Assembly: GCA_965231215.1 (NCBI GenBank) | Contig: OZ246423.1 | Span: forward strand, 96,001 to 160,000 | Direction: 5' to 3' | DNA length: 64,000 bases | From: Candidatus Altimarinota bacterium | GTDB taxonomy: Bacteria; Patescibacteriota; Gracilibacteria; UBA4473 | Shown: piece after piece, positions 20,978 to 30,984 of the stretch | How positions within the stretch are numbered: the stretch's first letter is position 1 | Layout of the letters: every line of letters begins with the position of its first letter | Position numbers and translations under genes: made by a program | Notes under the pieces: generated by a model | Told to the model about the DNA's origin: nothing | What the model saw: the letters and a program-made list of their open reading frames with translations, nothing else | Databases searched by the model: none

Positions 20978-22057
20978 ATGCACCCGATAAAATACGACAT
21001 ATACGAGGCAACCAAAAGTTATGAAGAAAACTATAATTTTGGTCCTTTTTTTGAAGGTGAAATTCCAGAAAGAAAGTTAAATCCAGACAAAAAAATCAAA
21101 CTCTGGGATTTTGAGCTAAACTCCCCATTAGGAATTCCTGCAGGCCCTTTACTAAATGCCAAGTGGGTAAAATTTTATGCTCAAATGGGATTTGATGTCC
21201 CCGTATACAAAACAGTGCGAAGTATACCCACTCCAAGCCACCAAGCTCCTAATTGTGTGTACGTAAATCCACCAGAGCAAATTCAACTAGGACATAAGCC
21301 GGATTTAGTGACGACTGACAGACCCCAAAATTTAGAACAACTTACCATTACCAATTCCTTTGGAGTCCCATCGAAAGAACGAAATATCTGGATGGCCGAT
21401 GTACACAAAGCTAATGAAAGTCTAGACGACGGACAAATAATGATACTCTCTTTTATGGGGACCCATGGAGCTGAAGGCCGAGACCTCGTCGCAGACTATG
21501 CCTATACTGCCAGCCTAGCCAAAGAAGCTGGGGGAAAAATTTTGGAAACCAATTATTCCTGTCCTAATCTTTGCGGAAGCAAAGCCGGAGCCCTCTACCA
21601 AGATCCTGAAAGTTCTAGCCAAATATCCAAAGCTATTCGCAAAGCTATAGGCTCTGACCAAAAATTCATCATCAAAATTGGCAACCTTCCCTACGATCAA
21701 CTCAAGGCAGTGGTGAGCGCCAACCTTCCCTATGTAGATGGGATTGCGGGCATAAACACCATGCCCGGGAATGTAAGACACCCCAATGGACAGCAAGCTC
21801 TTCCAGGCAAAGGAAGACTGACCTCTGGCATCTGTGGAGCCAAAATCAAAGCCGTCTCACACAATTTTGTGGAAAACATGGTTCACATAAAATCTGAACT
21901 CAAATCAGACTTTGTAATCTGTGGAGTGGGAGGCATCATGAGCGCCGAAGATTTTAATGACCGCTTAAAGGCTGGAGCTGACATTGCTATGAGTGCTACT
22001 GCCATCATGTGGGATCCCTTCCTCGCCCATCGTTATCACAATAAATATTCCACATAA
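20978..22057 (+). CDS. Divergent dihydroorotate dehydrogenase-like flavoprotein
   Basis: PLGIPAGP, YKT, NSFG, NYSCPN, INT, SGICG, GVGGI (FMN TIM-barrel motifs). Confidence 0.8.
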   Translation: MHPIKYDIYEATKSYEENYNFGPFFEGEIPERKLNPDKKIKLWDFELNSPLGIPAGPLLNAKWVKFYAQMGFDVPVYKTVRSIPTPSHQAPNCVYVNPPEQIQLGHKPDLVTTDRPQNLEQLTITNSFGVPSKERNIWMADVHKANESLDDGQIMILSFMGTHGAEGRDLVADYAYTASLAKEAGGKILETNYSCPNLCGSKAGALYQDPESSSQISKAIRKAIGSDQKFIIKIGNLPYDQLKAVVSANLPYVDGIAGINTMPGNVRHPNGQQALPGKGRLTSGICGAKIKAVSHNFVENMVHIKSELKSDFVICGVGGIMSAEDFNDRLKAGADIAMSATAIMWDPFLAHRYHNKYST

Positions 22058-22123
22058 CCCCCATTGCGAAGAAATTTTAAAGCTCGGAGTGGCTTTTTTG
22101 GTCATCCCAAAAATGAACAATAC

Positions 22124-23482
22124 TTACTCTAAAGGTGGTAAGAACCGTATTGGATCAGCAAATTTACCATTTTTGAATACCTCAAAATGTAAATGAGGCC
22201 CACTGGTAAAGAAGCCCGCCCCGGGAGTTCCTGGAGCACCTCCAGTCAGCGCAATAACCTCTCCCTGTTCCACTACCTGATCAACCTCTACCAATATTTT
22301 GGATACATGTCCAAAGACCGTAAATAGGTCATTTTCATGCTCTAAAATAACGTAAGAGTACCCAAATCCATTTGAAGCTACTTTTTTGACGCTCCCCGCT
22401 TGAGGCGCATAAACCTCAGTCCCCTGCGGAGCCTCAAGATCAATGCCATCATGGTCCCGCCCAAAAGCCGCTTTATAGGCTTTATCTCTAAACGTAGCTG
22501 AAATATGTATTGGAATCTGTAATGGCCAATAAAGAGGATAGACTTTTAGTTCTTGGGTGGTTTCGGCTATCGGCTCTACTAACTCCGAGTTGACTTCACC
22601 CAAAGTCTCTAATTGCTGCCTTAGATTTTGTAGAAAGATGGTTGATTCTGCCTGCTGGTCTCTGGCTAGCTCTAAAGCATCTTGAGTCTGATACTCATCA
22701 GATTTAATATTCTCAAGCAAACGAGCCTTCCCCTCAGCCATATCTTGTAAGACCAACTTTTCACGAGCAATTTGATCTCCTAGATAAGCCATTCGATTAT
22801 AAAACAGGGCTGCATTTTTTTCTTTATTCTCAAACGCTTTTTTGAGGGATCGAAGCCGGTTAAGTTTTTCTTTTTTTTGAGCTGACTCCGTACTACTTCG
22901 TTTACGATCCTCTACAATACGACTCACTGGGCGCGCTGAAAACAACCACTGCAAAATCGACATCTCTGGAGAACGATCAAAATTCTCTTGTCGAACAAAT
23001 TTTTTACTCATATAAGCACTATATTCTCTCTCTGCCTGTCTCATCTCGGCCCTTAGAGCTGATTTTTCACGAGTAATTTGTTCTAATTCTTTTTTCCATT
23101 GCGCCTCTAAATCCTGATATTTTGTAAGTTTTTCAGTATTAAACCCAATCTGAGTATCCAATAAATAAATTTGGTTTTCCGCCGAATTCCGCTGTGACTG
23201 GATACGCCAGAGATCTTGTTCTTTTTCTCTAATATCGCTCTCAAATTGTTCAAGCACTGCTTCTTCTGTAAAAATCTGCCGGCGTACTTCTGTCGCATCC
23301 AAAGCCTCTAAAAAAACTTGATCTGAATCTTCGTTCAAATCTTCCGTTGATGCTGCCTCAATAAGTGGATCCTGACCACTTCCAAAAAATTTTTCTAACA
23401 ACCCATTAATATCATCACCAATATTGGCCTGAGCCATAAAAGGGAAAACAAGGAACGCACACACAAGGAAAATTCGGGACAT
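22124..23482 (-). CDS. Secreted coiled-coil M23 metallopeptidase
   Basis: Signal peptide, long coiled coil, HDGID and GPHLHFE with intact Zn ligands. Confidence 0.9.
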   Translation of the reverse strand: MSRIFLVCAFLVFPFMAQANIGDDINGLLEKFFGSGQDPLIEAASTEDLNEDSDQVFLEALDATEVRRQIFTEEAVLEQFESDIREKEQDLWRIQSQRNSAENQIYLLDTQIGFNTEKLTKYQDLEAQWKKELEQITREKSALRAEMRQAEREYSAYMSKKFVRQENFDRSPEMSILQWLFSARPVSRIVEDRKRSSTESAQKKEKLNRLRSLKKAFENKEKNAALFYNRMAYLGDQIAREKLVLQDMAEGKARLLENIKSDEYQTQDALELARDQQAESTIFLQNLRQQLETLGEVNSELVEPIAETTQELKVYPLYWPLQIPIHISATFRDKAYKAAFGRDHDGIDLEAPQGTEVYAPQAGSVKKVASNGFGYSYVILEHENDLFTVFGHVSKILVEVDQVVEQGEVIALTGGAPGTPGAGFFTSGPHLHFEVFKNGKFADPIRFLPPLE

Positions 23483-23546
23483 TTACATTTATTCTACAGA
23501 ACTTTAGGTAAAATCGTGACTCTTTTGCTATGATTTTATACGAAAA

Positions 23547-24188
23547 ATGAGCAAAGCTATTCCTGTACCCATCTTCACCGAAAGGTTAGAAGCCCACTAC
23601 CAAAATGAAATCTGCCATCTAAACTGGGACAAAAATCGGCCTTGGACACTCCTATTTGCCGTCATTATGTCTGCTCAGTGTACGGATAATATGGTGAACA
23701 AAGTAACCGCTAAACTATTCGTCGACTTTCCAGATTTAGAAAGCTATGTCGCTCGCCCTATCGAAACCTTGGAAACCGCTATTAAATCTACAGGGTTTTA
23801 TAGAGCCAAATCTAAAAATCTTAAAAAGTGTGCGGAACAACTCTTACTCTATCACGATGGTCAAGTCCCAGGCACTATGGACGAGCTGGTCAAACTAGCT
23901 GGCGTAGGACGCAAAACCGCTAATGTTATTCTCTGGAATATCTTTAGCAAAAATGTGGGGTTTGTCGTCGACACCCATGTGAGTCGTATTACCCAGCGTA
24001 CAGGGCTAACCAAAAAGAAAACACCCGAAACAATAGAAAAAGACCTCATGAAAAAAATTCCAAAAAATCTCTGGGGAACATCTTCGCATCGTTTAGTACA
24101 ATTTGGGAGAGATTTTTGCAAAGCCCCAAAACCTAAATGTGATGAATGCTTTTTGAATGATGTGTGTCCCAAAAGAGGGGTTAAATAA
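23547..24188 (+). CDS. nth: Endonuclease III
   Basis: SAQCTD, GVGRKTAN, VDTHV, Cx6Cx2Cx5C Fe-S motif. Confidence 0.97.
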   Translation: MSKAIPVPIFTERLEAHYQNEICHLNWDKNRPWTLLFAVIMSAQCTDNMVNKVTAKLFVDFPDLESYVARPIETLETAIKSTGFYRAKSKNLKKCAEQLLLYHDGQVPGTMDELVKLAGVGRKTANVILWNIFSKNVGFVVDTHVSRITQRTGLTKKKTPETIEKDLMKKIPKNLWGTSSHRLVQFGRDFCKAPKPKCDECFLNDVCPKRGVK

Positions 24189-24273
24189 AAAATTCCACAG
24201 GAGAGCGTACTAGGTTTGTACACGTCTGCAGAATTTTTTGTGGAGCGATAGAGTTCGTCCTTTTTTCCTTTTT

Positions 24274-25020
24274 CTAAATAGCCATTCGGATAAATCCAAC
24301 CAACTTGGCTTCACCAAGATATTCCTGAACACTCATACTTGGATCTTTTACAAACGCTTGAGAAGAGAGGGCTTGTTCAGCACAGAATTTTTTAGTTTTT
24401 CCAGCCAAAATGTTATCAATAATGTTTTCTGGTTTCCCTTCCGTAATGAGTTGTTCTCGAGCAATTTTCATTTCAGCATCAATCGCGTCCTGGCTTACAT
24501 CTTCTGGATTAGCTACAAGCGGATTCATAGCCGCCGCATGCATGGCTACATCTCGAGCTTTATCCTCATCACCTCCTTCTAAAGCGACAATCACTCCGAT
24601 TTTTCCATTGGTATGTACATACCCAGCAACGGTATCACCACCTTCAATGCTTTCTGATCCACCAAAGACGATGTTTTCCCCAATCTCTTGGATTTTATCA
24701 GTTTTCACAGCTTCAAAATGACTTTCCGCATCAGCACCTTTATCAGCGAGTTCTTGAGCCAGCGCTTTGAAACTTTCATTTTTAGCAACAAAGTCAGTCT
24801 CACACATAAGTTTTGCAATGGTACGTCCAGAGACAGCTACTAGACCTTCTCCTGTGGATCGGTCAGCTTTTTCAGCGGCTTTGGCCGCGCCTCGTTTTCG
24901 GAGGATTTCAATAGCCGTGTCCATATCACCGTTAGCTTCTTCAAGCGCTTTTTTACAAGCCATCATAGCTACACCGGTTCGGTCTCGGAGTTCTTTTACT
25001 TGGGCAGCACTTACTGTCAT
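24274..25020 (-). CDS. tsf: Elongation factor Ts
   Basis: VKELRDRTG..MMACKKAL, CETDFVA, AMHAAA. Confidence 0.98.
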   Translation of the reverse strand: MTVSAAQVKELRDRTGVAMMACKKALEEANGDMDTAIEILRKRGAAKAAEKADRSTGEGLVAVSGRTIAKLMCETDFVAKNESFKALAQELADKGADAESHFEAVKTDKIQEIGENIVFGGSESIEGGDTVAGYVHTNGKIGVIVALEGGDEDKARDVAMHAAAMNPLVANPEDVSQDAIDAEMKIAREQLITEGKPENIIDNILAGKTKKFCAEQALSSQAFVKDPSMSVQEYLGEAKLVGFIRMAI

Positions 25021-25211
25021 TTTTTAGTTGGGTTAAATTCGCGGCCGAGTGTATTGGTACATCACAAAAAATCAAGGCAATCTAAAAGGGCTCAAAAACA
25101 AGAGCCTTTAAAAATTGGTAACAGGGAGCATTTCAAGGCAATAAAAATATCCCCACCAAATACGTGTATTAAAAACACACGACCGATCGCATTCACGGCT
25201 TTCCCAAACTT

Positions 25212-25715
25212 TTATTTAGCTTGGTTATCCCAATTGAGCAGCTTGGCCACATCGCCAAATCCAGGAATTTTGGTCATTTTCCCTTTGTAGGCTTGAACCA
25301 TTCCAAACAGAGCTAATGAAACCCAAAGCACCGTTACAAAAATATTTGAAGCTAAGAAGTATTTCCCCATAAATTTGGTAAAGATTCCAAAAAGCAAAAA
25401 ACACATAGTAATCACTAATCCCTGTTTCCCATGAAACTGACAAAATTTAGATTCCTGTCTCAGGATCAAAGGCAAAATGCAGGCAAAATGCAGATATCCA
25501 AGCATCCCTAAAATTTTATCTCCTTGCGGAATTTCATCTGGATTCACTTCAGGAATCTGAGTTGGAACGTTATTTTCTTTAGCTATTTGGGCATTGGCTT
25601 GTTGTACTTGCTGAGCCTGAGCCTGAGCTTGAACCGCTTCCTGTTTTTTAGTTTCCACTTGTTCCATTAATTCGGACATAGAAACGCTCTTCTTCGTTTT
25701 TTTAGCAGGAGACAT
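25212..25715 (-). CDS. DUF4870-like membrane protein with a Q/A-rich N-terminus
   Basis: LGYL, FHGKQG, AYKG...IP motifs; 3 TM helices. Confidence 0.65.
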   Translation of the reverse strand: MSPAKKTKKSVSMSELMEQVETKKQEAVQAQAQAQQVQQANAQIAKENNVPTQIPEVNPDEIPQGDKILGMLGYLHFACILPLILRQESKFCQFHGKQGLVITMCFLLFGIFTKFMGKYFLASNIFVTVLWVSLALFGMVQAYKGKMTKIPGFGDVAKLLNWDNQAK

Positions 25716-25782
25716 GTATATTTATTTTTAAATTCACTCCCAATTATACCAGAAGTCTTTTGTTTTCTCAAGCCCTGCAAAA

Positions 25783-25827
25783 GCAAAAAAGCCCAAATTT
25801 CTTAATCTAGAAATAAGGGTTTTTTGC
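25783..25827 (-). terminator. Terminator after rpsB
   Basis: GCAAAAAAGCCC...GGGTTTTTTGC inverted repeat. Confidence 0.7.
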
Positions 25828-25845
25828 AAATTTTTAAAATAAAAT

Positions 25846-26514
25846 TTAGCTCAAGGCTTCAAGCATTTTATTGAGCATGTACTCAATCGCTTTAACCGCA
25901 TCGTCATTAGCTGGGATAGGATAATCCACGCCTTCTGGATCAGCGTTCGCATCTAAGACAGCAACCGTAGCAATCTTGGCTTTATTAGCTTCATCAATCC
26001 CAATTCGGTCTGTAAAAGCATCCAACACAATAACCGCATCGGGCTTAGACCGCATTTGCGCTACTCCTCCATAAGAGGCTTCTAGTTTTTCTAGGTCTTT
26101 TTTAAACTGAGCGATTTCTTTTTTGGTGTACTTGTTAATTTCTCCACTTTCAAATTGGTCTTTGAGATCAAGGTAGTAATCTACTCTTTTTCGCAGTTCT
26201 TTAAAGTTAGTCAGTAAGCCTGGGGTCCACTTTTTATCTACATAGTAGTACTCATTCGGAGCCACTAGCTCTTGGATTTTCCAAGCAATTTGAGGTTTAG
26301 TTCCTACAAAAAGTACTTTTTTATTTTGAAGCTTGAGCGCTTTCAAAAACTTAGTTGATTTTTCCAAACACGCCTCTGTTTTAGCGAGATCAAAAACCCA
26401 TACCCCATTCTTTTTAGTGTGAAGGTACGTTTTCATTTTTGGATTCCATCGTTCGGCTTTGTGCCCTACATGAACGAGGTTTTCAAACATTTCTTGTGTA
26501 GTGTCTTGTGCCAT
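25846..26514 (-). CDS. rpsB: 30S ribosomal protein S2
   Basis: HVGH...WNPKM, VLFVGTK, GLLTNF, IPANDD; the true start is likely ATG 26514 (MAQDTTQEMF). Confidence 0.97.
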   Translation of the reverse strand: MAQDTTQEMFENLVHVGHKAERWNPKMKTYLHTKKNGVWVFDLAKTEACLEKSTKFLKALKLQNKKVLFVGTKPQIAWKIQELVAPNEYYYVDKKWTPGLLTNFKELRKRVDYYLDLKDQFESGEINKYTKKEIAQFKKDLEKLEASYGGVAQMRSKPDAVIVLDAFTDRIGIDEANKAKIATVAVLDANADPEGVDYPIPANDDAVKAIEYMLNKMLEALS

Positions 26515-26802
26515 TTTTTTTAAGGTTAAGAAGTGGTTACCACTGCGATTTCTTACATCAGAAATACGTGGAAGGCGCGCGCAATATAAAGAAAGCAGTA
26601 ATTCGTGCAAATGTTTTTTTATAATTATTCTGTTCCTAAAAGTTGCCTTGGGAAAACTTTGTCAATCTTCCAAGTGAAATAAACGTAAAAGACTCAACTG
26701 TTTGAACGAATCGATTTTTGAGCCTTTAGTAAATAAACTTCTGGAAGATCCAAAAATTTAAAAGTGCAACGATTTTTTTGGCTCTTTTTCAAAAAAAGGA
26801 TC

Positions 26803-27681
26803 TTAGAGAACTATCCTTGGCTGCAAATTACCACTCGCAACCTCCCCTACTCCTACCGTTTCTCCATTCACTAAAACCAGTATTTTTTCACCATTAGGCT
26901 TGTTTCTTAGTGATTCTTCAAAAACCGCTCGCCCACCTTGAAAATCAGGTAAACGCTCTTCAGAAATTTCAATATGATCAAAATTTTTGATCAAAAATTG
27001 AGCGTCTATTAAATCCCCCTCCGAAATTTTCTCTAGAGCCTCAACCACTGGCAATTCAGTCGATTCTAAATCAACATCCCCCACACCTATCCGATGCAAT
27101 GCCTGACACATACCTCCACCGCACAATTGTGTCCCTAGGTCTCTAGCGAAACTTCGCACATAAAACCCTGCCGCCACAGAAAGCTCAATTTCTACTACAG
27201 GAAAATCATAGTCTACCACTTTGACTGAAAAAACTTCTGCCTCTCTAGGTTTCATTTCAACCTCTTTTCCCTGCCTCGCCAGATCATACGCCCTTTTACC
27301 ATTAATTTTTAGCGCTGAATATTTAGGAGGAATTTGATCAATCTTGCCCGTAAATTTATCTTCTAAAATTTTTTGAATTTCCTCTAAAGTAGGCTCAACA
27401 CCATTAAAGACATCTTCAACCGCCGACTCTGGATCAAGGGTTTCAGAAGTTTTTCCGAACAATATTTTTGTTCGATAAACTTTTTGATCCTGCTCTAAAA
27501 AAGGAATCATCTTGGTACACTTTCCTACCGCTACCACCAGTAAACCCGTCGCAAATGGATCAAGCGTTCCCGTGTGTCCTATCCGCTTTACCCCTAAAAG
27601 TTTTCGCGCTTTTGCACATACATCAAAACTCGTCCAACCCACTGGTTTATTTACCAGCAAAAATCCATTGAGGTTTTTCAT
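26803..27681 (-). CDS. truB: tRNA pseudouridine(55) synthase
   Basis: NKP.G.TS, GHTGTLDPFATG, PPKYSALK, GFYVRS. Confidence 0.97.
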   Translation of the reverse strand: MKNLNGFLLVNKPVGWTSFDVCAKARKLLGVKRIGHTGTLDPFATGLLVVAVGKCTKMIPFLEQDQKVYRTKILFGKTSETLDPESAVEDVFNGVEPTLEEIQKILEDKFTGKIDQIPPKYSALKINGKRAYDLARQGKEVEMKPREAEVFSVKVVDYDFPVVEIELSVAAGFYVRSFARDLGTQLCGGGMCQALHRIGVGDVDLESTELPVVEALEKISEGDLIDAQFLIKNFDHIEISEERLPDFQGGRAVFEESLRNKPNGEKILVLVNGETVGVGEVASGNLQPRIVL

Positions 27682-27723
27682 CTATTAATTTACAAATAAT
27701 TCGAGCAACAATATACTCATAAT

Positions 27724-28092
27724 ATGTTCAAAGAACTAGGCAATCTTGGATATGATAGAAACTGGGTACAAGCCATGGGTTTTTATATCGCTTATATGCT
27801 TCTAATTATGGCTATAGCTATGGTTTTAGCAATAGGGATCTCCAGAGTTCTTCCTCCAGTTGAGGGTTCTTTTGAAGCTGGGTTTAAATTGGGGGTTCAA
27901 ACCGGCGCTATTATAGCAGGAATAAGTTGTATTGCCTTATCCTTAACCATTCTACATCAAAAAAAGAGAAGTAATGACATCCTGCTTCTACTGCTAGCCT
28001 TATTTTCTGGAGGTATAGGCTTTCTTCTTGGAGCTCTAGGCGGTCTTATTCCCGTCGCTTTTCTAACTACCAGAAAGAAGCTTAAAAAGTAG
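27724..28092 (+). CDS. Small membrane protein (3-4 TM)
   Basis: Hydrophobic helices; TTTACA-N17-TATACT promoter 6 nt upstream. Confidence 0.7.
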   Translation: MFKELGNLGYDRNWVQAMGFYIAYMLLIMAIAMVLAIGISRVLPPVEGSFEAGFKLGVQTGAIIAGISCIALSLTILHQKKRSNDILLLLLALFSGGIGFLLGALGGLIPVAFLTTRKKLKK

Positions 28093-28199
28093 TATTTTTA
28101 CTTGCACAACACTGTTTTTCGCCTAAATTCACCACGCTTTGCCTACCACAGACAAGTGGTACGCCAATAAGACACTTTATTTCTTAACGTCCAAAAAGC

Positions 28200-28727
28200 A
28201 TGCAAACCTATGAATTGATGGTCATCATTGAGAATTCTCTGGATGAAAAGACCGCAGAAACGCACTACAAAGACCTAAATAGTCGACTTGAAAAAGAATT
28301 TGGAGCTCATGTTGGCTTCAAAGACTTTTGGGGAGCCCGTGGCTTTGCTTACATCATTAAAAAGCAAAAATGGGGTTACTACGCTGTAAGTCAGTTTGAA
28401 ATGGATGGTTCTCACATAACGGAGCTAAAGCGCGAACTAAATCTTGATCAAAAGCTGGTTCGATTCCTTCTCATGAAGGTAGATCAAAGAGCTCCCGCTC
28501 CAAAGCCATACCAAGAAATAAAAGCCGAATACGAAGCGCAAGAAAAAGCGAAAGCCAAAGAAAAATCAGAACCTAAAGAAGACACTCCTAAACCAGGAAA
28601 AAAAGAAAAGCTTACAACTGTAAAAGCCGAAGAACCTAAAGCAGAGGCCCAAAAAGCCGAAGAACCCAAAGATGATGTAGACAAAAAGCTCGATGCTATT
28701 GTCGATGAATCTACAGAAAACCTATAA
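28200..28727 (+). CDS. rpsF: 30S ribosomal protein S6 with a charged C-terminal extension
   Basis: YELMVI, WG.R.FAY.IKK, GYY, VRFL. Confidence 0.93.
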   Translation: MQTYELMVIIENSLDEKTAETHYKDLNSRLEKEFGAHVGFKDFWGARGFAYIIKKQKWGYYAVSQFEMDGSHITELKRELNLDQKLVRFLLMKVDQRAPAPKPYQEIKAEYEAQEKAKAKEKSEPKEDTPKPGKKEKLTTVKAEEPKAEAQKAEEPKDDVDKKLDAIVDESTENL

Positions 28728-28746
28728 TCACTAATCACCCTTTACT

Positions 28747-28971
28747 ATGCCTCCAAGACCTAAAAAATATATCTGCCCATTTCAAAAATCAGGGATTCAA
28801 TACATTGATTACAAAGATCCTAAAATGCTAGCAGAATACATTACTTACTACCGATCTATTCAGAGTCGTTTCCACACTGGAGTGTCTCTAAAGATGCAAA
28901 AACAGCTTTCTAAAGCGATCAAAAGAGCTCGATTTATGGGACTACTTCCATACGTGAGACACGAAGACTAA
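28747..28971 (+). CDS. rpsR: 30S ribosomal protein S18
   Basis: IDYKD, TG, AIKRARFMGLLPY; only one Cys (zinc-free type). Confidence 0.95.
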   Translation: MPPRPKKYICPFQKSGIQYIDYKDPKMLAEYITYYRSIQSRFHTGVSLKMQKQLSKAIKRARFMGLLPYVRHED

Positions 28972-28995
28972 GAAAATTAGTAAAAAAATATTTAC

Positions 28996-29027
28996 AAAGA
29001 CCTGTCTACAAAGATAGGTCTTTTTTT
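28996..29027 (+). terminator. Terminator after rpsR
   Basis: AAAGACCTGTCT...AGATAGGTCTTTTTTT. Confidence 0.75.
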
Positions 29028-29091
29028 GGCTCTCTGGGAGTTGTTTTTGTGCCTTAAGTGTGCTATAATAACCAGATAAATAAACACAAAA

Positions 29092-30246
29092 ATGTTTAAA
29101 AAAATCGCATCACTCATTCCCGGAAAGAAAAAGGCAAATGACGTGCAAAACGTTAAAAAAGTAACCAATACTGCCGACAATATTATTTCAAAAGCCGTTG
29201 CAGACGCCGGTAATATTTCAAATATCACACTCTCAAAAGAAGAACAAAAAGCACTACTTGAACAACGAAAAAAAGTGCCGTTCTACATCATAGTGATGAA
29301 GTATAGCTCTATTTTACTGTTTGCTATACTGTTTGGAGTAGCGCTTTTTGTTAAGGCTGACCTAGACACAAACAACACCTACTTCGGAGCCCTTGGACTA
29401 CAAGATAATACCGGCTCTAAATACAAAAAACTAAAAACAGAAAACAATCAATTCAAAGAAGAAATCAACCGTATTGAATCAGAAACTCAGGAACTTATTA
29501 CCCGAATGGAAGAAGGAAACTACGGTATCTACACCGACCAAATTGATGAAATTAAACAACAACAAAAACACTGGTTTACCGCTTCTGAAATTACAACCAA
29601 CATTGAAACTGGCGAAAGTGAAGTAAAAACTCATTACGGAATCCTTGATGCAGTCAATGAAATGATTGATTTCTTTCAAGATGCAAACTACCAAATCAGG
29701 TATTTTGCCAAAAAAGAGAAAGAACTGCTTGGAGACAAATGGGAAACTTGTAGAAACCCTTATATTTCAGCGGCTAAAAAAGCTGAAATCAAATGTCCTC
29801 CACCAATCATGATTGCCATGAAAAATGAAGTTAATGTGCGAAGTATAAATATTAATCCTACGGGCGCCAATATTAGTGTGAATGTAAGCGATATTTTGAG
29901 CAAAGTATTCACCCTTGGATCTGAATTTGTAGACATGATGAATAGTTTTCCATTTTACCGAGATGGCTCTATCCGAAGTTTTACTCGTAGAAAAGCTTCT
30001 AGTGGTGAAGAAAATATGGAAATTTCACTTCGGCTCGAGTTCCAAGATCAAGGCGAAGACGCAATTCCAGATCCAGCCGATGAAAACTTCCAGTATTTTG
30101 AAGCCTGGAAAAATCTAAACAAAACTATCAACAATACACTCGAACAAGCTAGAGCCCAAAGCGCTAAAAGCCAAAGTGAAAATAGCTCAGCCTCAGAAAA
30201 AAGTTCGGCTCCTAGAACTAGAACTTCTAATACTTCTCGTAACTAA
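29092..30246 (+). CDS. PilN-like bitopic membrane protein
   Basis: One TM, coiled coil and beta-rich C-domain; first gene of the pilB-pilC cluster. The call is mainly contextual. Confidence 0.5.
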   Translation: MFKKIASLIPGKKKANDVQNVKKVTNTADNIISKAVADAGNISNITLSKEEQKALLEQRKKVPFYIIVMKYSSILLFAILFGVALFVKADLDTNNTYFGALGLQDNTGSKYKKLKTENNQFKEEINRIESETQELITRMEEGNYGIYTDQIDEIKQQQKHWFTASEITTNIETGESEVKTHYGILDAVNEMIDFFQDANYQIRYFAKKEKELLGDKWETCRNPYISAAKKAEIKCPPPIMIAMKNEVNVRSININPTGANISVNVSDILSKVFTLGSEFVDMMNSFPFYRDGSIRSFTRRKASSGEENMEISLRLEFQDQGEDAIPDPADENFQYFEAWKNLNKTINNTLEQARAQSAKSQSENSSASEKSSAPRTRTSNTSRN

Positions 30247-30252
30247 TTTAAT

Positions 30253-30972
30253 ATGCCTCCTGTTGTTAAAAAAAATCGAAAACAAACCCTTTCTAGGCAA
30301 GAAAAAATACGTCGAAACCCAATCCCTTGGGTCGTCGTATACATAATCTGTATAGGCATCTTATACTTTATTTATGGCGATATTGGCAGCTGGCTCTCAA
30401 AACGGTCAGAAATTGGCGATCTAGAACCTTCTAACGCTCAAATGGAAACACGAAAAAAGACCGTTCAAGCTAAAAAAGCTGAAGTAGAAACTCAGTTTAA
30501 TGATCAAGCTGCTGAATTCCTGAGAGAAGAAAAACAACTTTTCCCAGAGCATATTGATACTTCCAGAATCGCTCAGATCATTGAAATATACTCAATTTTA
30601 CTACAAAGAAATAGTTCTAGTAGTTCTGTAGTAGAGCTAAGTTCATTAAATGTGGGCCTTACCACACCCGCAGAAACTGCTAACTTTGACGAAACGCCGC
30701 TCAACCTTTCTCTAACGCTCGATAAAGTCAGCTTCAAAAAATATATTAAGTTCCTTCAAGACGGAAAAGTAGCAGATGAACTAAGAAACCGTGTAATTAG
30801 TAGAAAAAATAAAGGGGATGCCGCTTCAATTGAGTTTTTGGAAAATAATAGACTCCCCATTATGTCTATCAGATCTATTAACATGACTGAAGACCGATCT
30901 TCAGTTGATAGACCACTCCAAACCTATAACGTTCAAATGCAAGTGGTTCTTTATTCACGATCTCAACAATAA
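30253..30972 (+). CDS. PilO-like protein
   Basis: N-terminal TM, coiled coil, 'LFP', FKKYIKFLQ and IMSIRSIN patterns; operon context. Confidence 0.6.
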   Translation: MPPVVKKNRKQTLSRQEKIRRNPIPWVVVYIICIGILYFIYGDIGSWLSKRSEIGDLEPSNAQMETRKKTVQAKKAEVETQFNDQAAEFLREEKQLFPEHIDTSRIAQIIEIYSILLQRNSSSSSVVELSSLNVGLTTPAETANFDETPLNLSLTLDKVSFKKYIKFLQDGKVADELRNRVISRKNKGDAASIEFLENNRLPIMSIRSINMTEDRSSVDRPLQTYNVQMQVVLYSRSQQ

Positions 30973-30984
30973 CCCACATTTTTG

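Noticed and set aside
26515-26610. N-terminal extension of S2 (similar cases at 39719, 58255, 13248, 35683)
   Set aside because: The upstream alternative starts run through promoter or leader DNA; downstream ATGs fit the families better.
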